64,000 nucleotides of DNA from Marsupella aquatica (taxonomy: Eukaryota; Plantae; Marchantiophyta), in contig OZ316892.1 in assembly GCA_973895155.1 (NCBI GenBank), positions 7,919,251-7,983,250 on the forward strand, written 5' to 3'. The first letter of the stretch is position 1; each line of letters starts with the position of its first letter. A program made the position numbers and the translations under genes. The notes under the pieces are model-generated. The model did not search any database, had not been told where the DNA came from, and saw only the letters and a program-made list of their open reading frames with translations. Positions 16,621 through 28,500 of the stretch are shown here, in pieces.

Positions 16621-19600
16621 TGTGACGGGGTCCCGCCACGGTAAGTCACCATTAGTGTCACCAGCAAGACACCTGTAAATAAATAAGCCCATAGACGCGA
16701 GTTATTTTAATGTTCTTTAAGTTTGTAAAGTTTTTTAAAGCATCTCGGGATAGTCGGAGACCCCAACAGTTTTGTCTAGACGCGGGTTAATTATGGGGCA
16801 AAACCTGGGGGGGTTTAAAATCGTGACTTTCCGGGAAGGTAAGGAAGTCCGGGAAATAAGCATTTTTAATTTTTTGGTAACACCCCTTCTAAGGCAACAC
16901 TCAGGCAGGACTGGGGGAGTATGGGGGGTTTAATTAAACCCCCATTAAATCCTTCCGCGAGTGGGCAGCGAGGGAGCCGGGCCTTAAAGAGTATGAGGGG
17001 ATCCATAAGAGGCAGCCCTGGAGCTGCCACGTGGAATCCCCATAAGGGGCACGAAGCCAGCCAAGGCGAAGAAAAAAAAAGAACTCCGTGGGGGGAAGCT
17101 GCCGCGAGTTAGGAGTATGGGGGCTTTTTAAAAACATCCCTCCCAAGGAGGGCACCCGGGCCGTGGCAGAGCGAGCGAGTGACCGGGAAGGAGGGCCGTG
17201 AGCTCCGCGAGGGCGGGAGCTGCCGCGAGCTCCGAGAGTGAGCCAGGGGGCAGGGAGCCGGCCGGCAGCAGGACTGGGGGATATTGGGGCAGCCGCATGG
17301 CGAGGGGCGAGCGAGCCCTGCATAGGGCCGCGAGCCGCCAGGGAGCTGCTAGGTGCGAGGTGCGAGGTGCGAGGACGCGAGCTGCGGGAGGAGGGGGAAA
17401 TTAAAACCCCCTTAAGGGGCTCCGCGAGTGACCGGGCAGGGGGGCCGCGAGCCCTGCATAGGGCCGCGAGCCCGCACGGACGCGAGCTGCGAGGAAGGGG
17501 GACTCCCGCGAGTCGGGACAAAGGAGGGCTCCGGGGCGCAAGGCGAAAAGCTGCTCCCGGGAAGGGTTTCGTTGTTTTTTTTTCTCTCCCCTCTTTCTCC
17601 TTTTCACACGACCCTTCTCTTGCCGAAAGCAAACTCGAGTTTTCTCTCTTATTGCCGAAAGCTTTCTCCTTATGTTACAATAATTTGAGCTCTCTCTCCA
17701 ATTCTTCTCAAGGTTCACTCATGGGGGATTGCGGGGACTGTCCGGGCATTAACGACAGCAACATGGAGTGACGACGGAGGGGATTGAGAGAAATAAATTA
17801 ATCGGGCTACGGGGGCTGTTTCGGGCCAGGGAATTGACATTGCTACGGGTGACGGGATTTGGTGATTGAGGATTTGATTTCGGGATGCATGAATGCTAGA
17901 TCAACCGGAGTTTAGTGTGGCACGCATTCGGAGATACAAGGCTGCTTACTGTGACTACGTGGAGACTTTGATTGCAAGGGAGAGAGAAGAGAGAGAAGCT
18001 ACGATGAGCACGGGATTGGCAGCAGGTTCCACACCGGTGGGTAGGAGGATTTTTCATCGAATTTATCCCAAGACCTCCGCCAAGGTGATGGAGGATTGTC
18101 GGAATATTTTCCAAGCCACCGGGGTTACAGAATTCATGAAGGTGGAGATTACCATCCCTCCGGGGAAGAGCTGGGACATTGAGGCCGGGATGGAGTTATG
18201 AACGGAGGGAATCTACTTTGAATGTCTCAAACGTGTAGTGCCCCATGTGGAGTTGGCTAGGCTGCTGTTTCTGGAGAATCAGAAATTCTCATTCACACCT
18301 CGGAACATTAGGGGAGAACTCACGTTGAAGATGGTGGCCACTTGGGTGATTAATCCCACCTCCACCACTGCCATCCCTCTTTCCGCTGTCAAGGATGTTG
18401 AGTATAAGGGATTCCTGGCCAAGGTTCATCAACGGGTCCTTGGCAACGTGCAATCCGGGGTGGTGAATGAAGAGCATTTCGTGGTAGCTATGGACATCAA
18501 GAACTACCCAGCCCATGTGTACGGATGGTGGTACTATGGGTTGAAGAAGCTGTTGGCCGCTGATCCCGGGAGTGTGAAACCAGGTGGGGCTGTACATTTG
18601 ATGGGGTCATTTGTATTGGCCAGGGCAGAAGGGTTGATTGGTTCCCCGGGACAGGAAGACACGGGATCATCTCTCACCACGGAGATCTGGAGTATTGCCA
18701 CTACCGTTTTAGGGAAGCTCACGGAGGAATCATCGTCGGCTGGTGGGGATGACGATAGAGGAGAAGAAAACCAGGATGAGGACTACACGTTGGAGTGGCT
18801 TGAATCACTCGTGGGAGATCCGAAAAAGCCCCTGGTCTACAACATTCCGGATGTTTACCTGGCAGAGCTACGGGATTTCAGAGAGAGAGTCCATGAGGGA
18901 CTCAAGCTAGTCCACGCATTGAGAGATTCTCTCAAGCACGCCACAGCCAGAGTAGAGACGTTAGAGCAGAGTACCCTGTCTCTGAAGGAGGTGATCAAGG
19001 CCAAGGAGGGGACCATTCATGAGAAGGTTAAGCTTCTCCAAGCAGCTCACGTAGAGATCTCCAACTTGAAGGGAGCCTTGTCCACCAAGGCCAAGGAAGC
19101 AGAAGAGGTGGAAGCGTTGAGACAAGCATTGGCCAAAGAGAAGCAGAATTCTGGAGAAGTGGTGGAGTGGAGAAACCAGGTGGGAGCACTACGGAGTCAG
19201 GTGGCCGCCTTTGAGACACGAGCAAAGAGGAGTGAGGCCTTGAGTCTGGGGAAACGGAAGAGCCCCGGCACACCTAGCTCCACACTTTCCCCGGATTTGA
19301 TCTCCCAGGCTATTGAGATGGTGGTGAAGGAGGTTAGTGGGAAGTATGGGCCCTTGTTGGATGGAGCCAAGAAGAGTCAGGAGAAGAGCAAGGGCTCGGA
19401 GAAGAAGCTCCGGGAGGTACGGAAATCGTTACGGGAGGCTCAGGTCAGTACGGGGATGCCACCCAGGTCTGTCACCCCCAGGACTCCCATGGCCACAGGG
19501 CAAGTTCTACCGTTGGAGTTGCGGTCCGGAGAAGAGACTACCCTATGGAAAGACACCATTGGTGAGGGGTACATCAAGGCGTGGCAGGCCTTGGCAACTT

Positions 19601-20838
19601 TGAGGAAGCAAGGGAGCGGCAGCACGAAGAGTACCCCGGTAAAGAAGAAGAAAAGTGAGGTGGCACTCACTCCCGTGAGTGATGAAGAGGAGGCCCACTC
19701 ACGGGGCACAAGCCGGGGCACCGAGAGTGAAGAAGAGGAGGAGTAGATAGTCGTACGGATGTGATTGTATGGCCTCTGGATTTCCAACTTTTTTGTGAGG
19801 GGTCACTCACGGGCTTGTTGGAAAGAGCTCGCGGAGCTGATTCCAACAAGAGGCGGCGCTCCTCAAACGGAGCCAGGATGAGCAAGTTATGGCCCGACGA
19901 AATTGTGTTTTCGCGATACGAAAACGACCATAACTCAGGCGTCCGATGTCCGTTGCGAGTGCGGCTGAGTGATTCGGGATCAGGAGGAGAAGGGCTATCC
20001 AAGGGTGAGCTCAAAAGTACAATTGATAGGGCACCTAGTTTCAGCCATTGTGGGGTGCCTTGCAATTTCAGGGTTCACTGTGTACAGTTGGGGCGCCGTC
20101 GAAGGCACCGTCGGCCCCTTGTTTAGGGTATTAGCAGCATGTGTGTGCCGCATGCCTTTTTAGTTTAGGGATTTCTTAGTGCAGGGTTTTAGCGGCGCCG
20201 CTAGGGTAGCCGCCATCGTTGTGACCCCATGAGGGGTGCTTTGGTGTGGTTTTTCGGTATTTAGGGGGAGAGCCCCGAAGTAGTTCGGGGGGAACTCAGT
20301 CTAGTGTTTGCTTAGGGAAGTTAGCTCATAGCCAAAAGAGGGAATCAAGCCAGAGTAGTGAGGTAGAGGTGTAACACTTGCCCCAGTGAGGCAGTAGTTG
20401 GGCAGACGGCAAGAGGCCGGGTTGTCCTTGCAATGTGTTACGACGTTTTGCCAAAAGATATGGATTTGGGTTGATTCCTCAAGTTTTGGTGTGGCGTTAT
20501 TTTTTCGGGTTCACGATTGTGTTCTTTCCCCAAGAAGTGTCTAAAGAATACTTGCACGGATTGGTCGACCATGTGAGTAGGGGGGTGGTGACAGCACTCC
20601 ACCAGCGACCAGTAGGAGTGTGTGTGTGGCGTAGTCCATGGGACTTGATCAAAAGCAGCGGAACTAGTCGGTAGACTTGATCAAAAACTAAATTTCCGGG
20701 AGCGGAAATAAACATACTCATCCTACATGCAATAGAATCCTAATAGCGTCCCTCCACGTTCCCGTCATACGATAACAAACAATTTTAGTAGGAGTAAATA
20801 CGTATTCGTCGTGTAAATCGTTTGATAAGCAGGTGACA
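16621..20838. mobile_element. 4.2-kb LTR-retrotransposon-derived insertion (solo-LTR-like) with TG...CA termini and a 5-bp target-site duplication
   Basis: ACTAA|TGTGACGGGG at 16616-16630 and AGGTGACA|ACTAA at 20831-20843. GC-rich cgcgagc repeats at 16950-17520. Composition differs sharply from the flanks. No RT or integrase motifs seen. Confidence 0.65.
17893..19746 (+). pseudogene. Intronless TE-borne ORF (globular N-terminal part plus long coiled coil, acidic/basic tail), interrupted by one in-frame TGA at 18199-18201
   Basis: ORFs 17893-18201 and 18238-19746 are in the same frame. Heptad-rich segment LAELRDFRERV...LRSQVAAFETRA, basic stretch KKKKS, acidic end. Further in-frame TGAs upstream (17863, 17875, 17890) are compatible with CGA>TGA decay. 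Confidence 0.65.
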
Positions 20839-21988
20839 ACTAAGTATGAGGAGACTGGTGGGCAATGTTTCATTGCCTTAGACTGGCGTTGGGAGCTGGT
20901 TGGGTCATGGGAAGGGCTGAGCTCAAGGGGGACTATCTGGACCCTTGGATGGACTGTGAGTTCTGAAGGCTTGAGTGAGAGCTACTCTTGGGCCCAAGGC
21001 CAAAGAAGATTACTTCATACGGAACGAACTGTTGGCACATGAGATACGACACGACTCGGGTGTAGCTGTCAGGGACCCTCGACTGACGATGAGTTCTGAG
21101 GACCCCCAACTGACGACAAGATCAAGAGTAATAAGGAGCCCCAACTTTTCCCTACTCATGACTAAAGGGGTTCTAAGAAAGAAGAATAGAAGGAGAGTGC
21201 ACCAGTCCCACCATAATACATGCTTGTGAAAATCATGATTATTTTGCAGTGGCTATTTTCCCACCCAAACTAGTATTCATGCTTGTGTTCATGTTCAGAA
21301 CACTAAATGAAGTGCCCACTATTTTTTTGGTTATATAGAACTGTCTACTAGTGTTACTGGCACTAGTTTCTGATCAGCATGAGTAGATCTGAAAATGGGA
21401 TCTTATGTGTGAGTTGTCTTGGAGATTTACTCTATGGTGAGAAGTTTCAAAGTACTAAACTTAAGTACTGTAATTATACCCCAAGATTGTTCAAAGTGAA
21501 TGGGCATGTGGTCCCAAAGTGGGGTTATTTTCCTACATCATCCACCCAGTCCATGTCTCCCATTTAGCCATTGGCACCTGCAACTTTATTCAGCCGTAAA
21601 CAATGTTGATTTCTTCAGTCTAAGCGGGAGTCAAAGTCAGAAAGTAGATGCTGGATGGTTTAGAATCACACGTTTGCCCTAGTAAATCAGATGGACCCCA
21701 ACGTCTGATAATTCTACAAAGGAGCATATACTGTTTGAGTACAAAATATTGTTTGAGAACAGCCTATGCAGATTCAGGTGGTCTATGCGTGATTTTGTTC
21801 AAACCTTGTGAGCATTGTTTTCTAGAGTAAAGGATTTAATATGCATCACAATTACCTAGCAACACATCAAACAAATGGAAAAAGAACAAGCGTGGTGGAG
21901 AAGTAACAAATGCAGTAAACAGATGAATACCCCCATCCCATTGGTGTCACTCCTCTGCATTGGTGTTTTTCTCTTTCAACATATAAAG

Positions 21989-22757
21989 GAAAAATGCCAA
22001 ATCACAACCCCATTTTGACAAAATTTTACCAAAAGATCTCTAAAGTTTGTGAAATCACAAAGCCCCCCTTATGCTTTGGAGTGCACTTAAGCGTTCCTTA
22101 TGCCACAACCCCTCTGAACTGCCATTGAGAGTAATAACCAAAACCCTGTTACCATGCAATATGCACTGTCATAGCACCAGTAGACTTCGGATGATCAGGT
22201 TTGGCATGCCTTATACAAAAAATCTAATATCTTTTCCTTTCAATTTATAGGGCTATGCCCATAATGAAATTCTGTAGAATGAGTTCTTTCTGAACTTCTA
22301 AAATCAATGCATACACTGATAAATCAGAGTTTTACCTTAGCACTTCGAATGTTCATAAAATTGGCATTGAATGTTTTTCCCAAGTTTCATTAACACTACC
22401 TAAAATTTTATCCCAGGGATGAAAATTGGTCAAATCTGTCAGCAATCGATAATTTTTGGAACGAACCTGATATGCAGTACAGTACAGTTTAATATATGTT
22501 GTGATCTGTTGCACAGACCCGAAGCCCTGAGAAACAAGGGACACCTATGCCTCCCTTATCTTAAAAAACAAGGGACACCTTCCCCTCCCTCATCTTGAGA
22601 AACAAGCCTCCCTCATCTTGAAAACCATATGGGTCTTGAGGAATAAGGGACACCTTAACCTAGCCCAAACAATCGAGGGGTATGTATGGAAGTTCTTTCA
22701 AACTTGAAGGGCACTTACGTAATTCTGTAACGTGTAGGGGTAATGTTGTAATTTCCC
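21989..22757. mobile_element. Possible non-autonomous TIR (Mutator-like) element
   Basis: Left end ggaaaaatgccaaatcacaacccc...; right end ...ggggtaatgttgtaatttccc, a loose inverted match. The same right end recurs at 24630-24648 and 34866-34885. No clear target-site duplication. Confidence 0.3.
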
Positions 22758-22819
22758 CTTTTTATATATATTATTTTTAATTTCCGAGAAAACAAAACCA
22801 AAAAAACAGACAATCCACT

Positions 22820-23960
22820 TATGTCCATGGATTGGACTCGCTCAACGTGACACGCGCTATAGTAAATTTACTCAAAGGAAAAGAAGTCAATCCAATTGGC
22901 ATAGGTGACATCTCACGCTTGACGGCATTTCTGCCCAAAGACCAAAAAGTTTTGGAGCACGGGCTCTGATCTGGGTTTTTCTGCTGGCGCTCGCTATCGT
23001 TGTGCCCCCGATGACTCAAATCAGGGTGTCAATGGAGTAGAAATGATGGACTTCTGACCATAGACTCCTGTTCCAGGCAAGTGACAACTCTCTAACTAGT
23101 TTTCTCCGACCTTGATTCTAAGCTAAGAGACCCGTCGGATTTGAACAGTTTCCGGATTGAGAAAACTTGGACCCCTTCGTGCTTGGATGGGGAGTGGGTA
23201 CGCTTCAGATGTAGAAAACACTGGCAAGCCTGCGCTCTCGTGTGATCCAAAGAAATCTTCAAGGAAGGTGATTTCCGATTTCCCTGGATCTAGTTGTTTT
23301 GTTGATCATAGAACAGTACTCGTCTGCAATCTCATCCTTCCTATTTGTACTTCGGAGCGATTCCCAATGACAGTCTCTGTCGATCGATCGGTCTGTCGGT
23401 TTAGAAACGAGTGTGGGTGCTGAAAAGGCCTTTGCCTTCCCTGTGGTTTCTTCATCATGCATCAGGCGAGAGTTCCTGTTCTTCTATCCAAGCTTGACAC
23501 GGTTCTTTGCTTGGTGCTAGCCCCTCCTTTGATCCGACCCGTATGTGCCATTTCGAACCGCGAGTCAGAGGGCATACCACAACGAATGGAGTTCCCAATT
23601 TCGAGGACATACTTGGGGGAAACAGATCGTTGCTGCCCGGTGAGGGCCTCTACTTGCACAATCAATCGAAGTGCAAAGCTACTGTAGAAGTTGGCCTGAT
23701 CGAGCCGCTACCGCCACGCACTCCTGCCAAAGAGGTAATTGCCCAACCTCACTTCTAGAGTACTATATTGTGAATCACTCAATGTTAATGTCGTCCTCAT
23801 TAGACACGATGTTTGGAGATACCGCTTGTCATCGCCGACATGTTTGAATAGTGATGGCAGGGCGATCTGCTGTTCTGAAGGAGACAGTAAGAGCTCTGAG
23901 AGGAACGTAATCCAGTACAAGCATACTTAGTTTCGTGGGCTGATCTGATTTGCAGTCTGG
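22820..23960. repeat. Diverged module repeated upstream of the NLR copies (other copies ~24700-25270, ~36200-36720, ~37340-37820)
   Basis: Shared blocks such as acacgcgctatggtac...aagaagtcaatcgaattga, cttgattct..agcta, tgtgatccaaa...gaaggtga and tgcttggtgctagc.cctc.tttgatccgacccgtatgtgcca. Confidence 0.8.
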
Positions 23961-24310
23961 CAATGCATGTGATGCAGAGGAGAACGATATTACTATGTAT
24001 CTACGGTACTAACTAGATAAGAGGGACATAACTAGCCAACCGAGAGGAAGGGACGGAAATCCGACGCAGAACTAGAACGAGCTTGCAAGTGGGCAATGAT
24101 AAAAATCCTCCTACAGTTCTCCGTGTTCAAGGACACTGACCGACTAGTGTGTCCAACTCATGACATCGTCGACAATCCAGATGTGGGTACTTCTGCCTCA
24201 ATGTCCATGATTAGTGTAGTTAATCGCTGACTGCATGGTCATCTTGGGTTCCAGATTCTAGGGGACTTGCTGTCGCAGCTGTGTTCGAAGGAATTCCTTG
24301 TCCTTTGGCA

Positions 24311-24571
24311 ATGGGTATTCTTGATTGGGGTGCGTTCATGTCGGCAACATCTGCGATTCTGGCCAACGGAGGGAAAGAAGATACGCTTTCAAGCACGCAC
24401 TTGAGCTTTCTGGTCACTCTGTAATTGTTGGCGCGTCTGGTCTCCTTATACTTGTTGACCTTCCTTCCAAATTTACCTCACACGACTTTCGGCCGATACG
24501 CAAGTTGAAGCTTCTCTTCCAATTCATGCCAACCTTCTGAGTCTCGGAGAAGTGCCATGAAGGATCGAAAG
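24311..24571 (+). pseudogene. Orphan copy of NLR exon 1 (TM exon) with in-frame stops
   Basis: MGILDWGAFMSATSAILANGGKEDTLSSTHLSFLVTL*LLARLVSLYLLTFLPNL...AS*...RRSAMKDRK|gtaaac. Same 261-nt length and donor position as the intact exon 1. Confidence 0.88.
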
Positions 24572-25509
24572 GTAAACGACGATTGGTTACTGTGTTTTAA
24601 GGACATTTGGGTAATTTTGATATCTCGAAGGGTAATGTTGTAATTTTCCATTGTTATAAGGCTACTTCCATTCCTAAAAACGAAAGAAGAAAAAACAGAC
24701 CAAATCGAATCACGATCACACGCGCTATGGTACCTTTAGTGGGAAGAGAAGAAGTCAATCGAATTGATGGAGGTGACCTCTCACGGTGGACGAGATTTGC
24801 TACACAAACTCCAAACTCTGAACGAAACGTCTTGGAACACATGCTCTGATGTGGGTCTTTGTGCTGCGCTCGCTATGGTTGTTCCCCGATGACTCAATTC
24901 GGCGTATCAGTGGACTGCAGATGCACATTGAGAGTCGGTGGACGTCCTGACCATAGACTGAGGCTTCAGACAAGTGTCAACTCTCTAACCAGTGTTCTAT
25001 AACCTTGATTCTTCGGAGCTACTCTAAAAAAACTGGAACAGTTTGTGGGTCGAGAAAGCTTGGACCCGATCGTGCTGGGATGGGGAGTGGGCATGCTTCA
25101 GATTTAGAAAACACTGGCACGATTGCGCCCTCCTGTGATCCAAAGAACTCTACAACGAAGGTGACTCCCAAATTCTCTAGTTCCAGTGGTTTTTTCATGA
25201 TCATAGAAAAGTAGTCGTCGGCAATTGATTCAAGGACGTAGGGAAAACAGATCGTTGCTGCCTTGTGAGGGCTCGTAATTGCGAGCATTCAATGATCAAA
25301 ATTCTCCCGCAGTCGTTTTCATTGTGTTAACGCACAGTAAGTGACTAGTGTCTCCAACTCGTTACATCCTGGGCACTCAGATGTGGGTAGTCCTGGTGTA
25401 AACGACCATGATTTGTCTTTAATCGCTGACTGCAGGGTCGTCTTGCGTTCCATATGCTAGGGGACTTGCTGTCGAAGCCGTGGTTGAAGGAATTCTTCGT
25501 CCTCTGGCA

Positions 25510-28500
25510 ATGGCTCTTCTTGATTGGGATGCTATCATGTCGACAACATCTGCGATTTTGGCCATCGAAGGCAAAGAAGATACGCTATCAACCGCGCACT
25601 TAGGCTTTCTGGTCACTCTGTACTTGTTGGCATTTCTGGTCTCCTTATACTTGTTGACCTTCATTCCAAATTTACTTCACATAACTTTCGGCCGGTACGC
25701 AAGTTGGGGCTACTCCTCCAATTCATGCCAAGCTTCTGGGTCTCGGAGAAGTGCCATAAAGGTGTACGAGGTAATCGATTGGTACTCCGTAGCTGCTCTT
25801 GGCCTCTCTGAAGTTCCTGTTTTTCGGTTTAGCTCCGGCGGCCTGAAATATTATTGTGAGCAAGGTGTTCTCAAAAGCTTTTACAACCCTGTGACTTGTA
25901 TTCATGCTTCTTCGTGTGCGGCAGATATATGCTGGCACAAGTCGAGCATTATCTTGCAAGCCTAACTAGTCGTCACACACCAACAACATTGATGCCTTGA
26001 CTGCTTGTGATCATGTTCTGTTTCTATCGCAGATCAATGCCTCCTTGTTTGTTTTGAACGAGCCGGAGCCACCAATCACTCCCGAGATCGATATTGTATT
26101 CTTTCATGGCTTTCAGTCTGGTGATTCATTTGATATGCGTTTGCGGACCTGGGAAATCCTACTTGATGACGGCCCTTGCATATGGCCTAGTACATGGCTC
26201 CTTGAAAGCTTTCCAAAAGCTCGAGTGTTATACGTGTCTTACGATGCTGTCCTTGGAAAGATTTCCCAAGGAAGCTCTGACCTTTACATTATTTCAGAGA
26301 ATCTGGTATCGGATTTCTTGCAAGCTGGCATTGGTCAAACTCCCAATTGCCCTGTGGTTTTGGTGGGTCACTGCTTTGGTGGCATTGTGTTAAAGCAACT
26401 ATGCTTGGACATAAATAAAAGCATCAGTTTGGAGAGATTGAAGAGTCGAAGGATTAAGCTGGAGAATTTTCTTCGTAGAACAAAAGGGATCTTCTATTAT
26501 GGCACTCCTCACAGAGGAAGTCCATGTGTAGACAAAGCACAGGACCTTCGTGCAAATCCTTTGCTTCAATACTTCAAGATTTTGAGCAAAGACGCAAGTC
26601 GCATGAATTCAGAGTTTTCTCGCTTATGTACAGTACGCCCTGAGTGGCAGATCCAAGGGCTTGGAGAGAGCATCCCTACCAGTCAGGTATAAGGCCCTTC
26701 CTTGCGTAGATGTTCCAATTGTTGTGTTTGACCACATTACTCGAGACAATTGCTAGACATTTCATCAACATGTGCGGAAATTATTTCCATGTTAGATTGA
26801 TTTTAAGTAATCGGAATGGTAAACCTCTGCACTTTATAGAATCGATTGGTGCCTTTATGTAGTACGGTATTCTTTGATCACATAGCATTCCTTGAAATCA
26901 TATATGTGAGATCAAATTTGTTTTATCAGAGTAGTATTCTTATTCTTTGTTTCTTCAATGGTTGTTACCCAGGGTGTATTCCAGGGTGTGATAGTGGCTC
27001 CAGAAGCATGTTCAAGGGATGGTGATGAATTCAATGTGGTCCCAGCAGACCATGTATCGATCACCAAGCCAGAGAGTATAACAGACAGGAGGTTCTATGC
27101 CTTGACTCGCCTCCTACATACGATTCTCGACAACAAAAAAGTAAACGAACTCTACGCCTGTACTTCGAAATGGTCTTGCTAGTTAGTCTTCTTTGTGACG
27201 GTCCTTGGAATAGAAGTCTCAGGAAGATGGGAATGGTATATACAGATCTTTCTGATGCCTTGTAGTAGCCAAATTTCTTGTTTTCAAGAGCGAGGAAAGA
27301 CATTTCGATGATTCTTGGATGTAGTTAGGTTTTTTCTGTATGTTTACAAAAGCTTGATAATTGTTAGATTCAGTAATAGATTTTTTGGTGCAAGAAGTCT
27401 TCTAAACAAGCTGACAACTTAAAAGATAGCAAATGATATAGAATAGTGCTTCCTTTAACCAACAATGATTCTCAGGAAACTGCCACCTTAGAAGGTGATT
27501 ATGAGCGATAGCACTAACCCTCTGTCAAATGGTGCATGATCCCAATGAATTTTCCAAGCTGTGTTCTTTCCCAATAGTTATTGAATATTTCCATTACGTT
27601 TTCTTCATTTTGCAGGTGGAGGTGCTTGGTCACCAATGTACGGGCCTTCCAGACTATCCAATGGGGTTGGAGAAGATTGCACAAGAAGTTAAGGAGAGCC
27701 TAAAGGATCATGCTATTCTAGGGATTGTGGGCATGGGAGGAATAGGGAAGAGCACCCTAGCCAGGCAAGTCTACAACACCATTTCTGCAGACTTTGAATA
27801 TACTTGCTTCATCCCAAATCTCAAGGATATCAAAGGTGGATTGGAAGACTGGGTCAGAACTCACTTCTATCGAAGTGGGATGAGTGTTGACAAGATCCAA
27901 TGGGAGGAGTTGAAGGACATGGAAACTTTGATTGTTGCGGATGATGTGGACAGTGAGGATCAATTAGGTGTGTTACCCAAATTGCACCAGTTGGGGGATA
28001 GTAGCAAGATTATTGTTACATCGCGTGATAAGGGGATTTTGGACTTTTATGAAAAGCATGGAGTCTATGAAGTTAAGTTTCTTGAGATGGATGTGGCAAA
28101 GAGGCTCTTTTGCAGACATGCATTTGGTCAAGAAGATGTTCCAGGCCTTGCTCCCCAAATGAAACACTTGGAACGAGATGTGGCAAAAGTTGTAGAAAAA
28201 TGTGATGGCTTGCCACTCACTTTGGAAGTTATGGGCCGGTATCTTCGAAACCATACTACGAATGCTAACATATGGAAGGAGACCATAAAAAGGCTTGGAA
28301 ATGCTCAAGCTATTGCGGGGGGTAAGAATGACAGAGTTTGGAAGTCACTCCAGGTGAGCTATGATGCCCTTTTATCAGGAGAACAGGAGATGTTCATTGA
28401 GGCAGCCACAATCTTCTCCAGCTGGCCATTGAGCATTGTTCAAGGCCTATGGAGCACTGCAATTGATGCCCCTGACACTAGCTGGGCCAATTTGATAAAT

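Noticed and set aside
16934-17771. Overlapping 105-232 aa ORFs on both strands
   Set aside because: Arise from stop-poor GC-rich repeats inside the mobile element; low-complexity Arg/Ala/Gly/Pro translations.
20594-20611. Possible primer-binding site (minus strand TGGTCGCTGG...) and alternative element end at 20593
   Set aside because: No target-site duplication at that end and I could not match a tRNA 3' end; the 20838 end has the ACTAA duplication.
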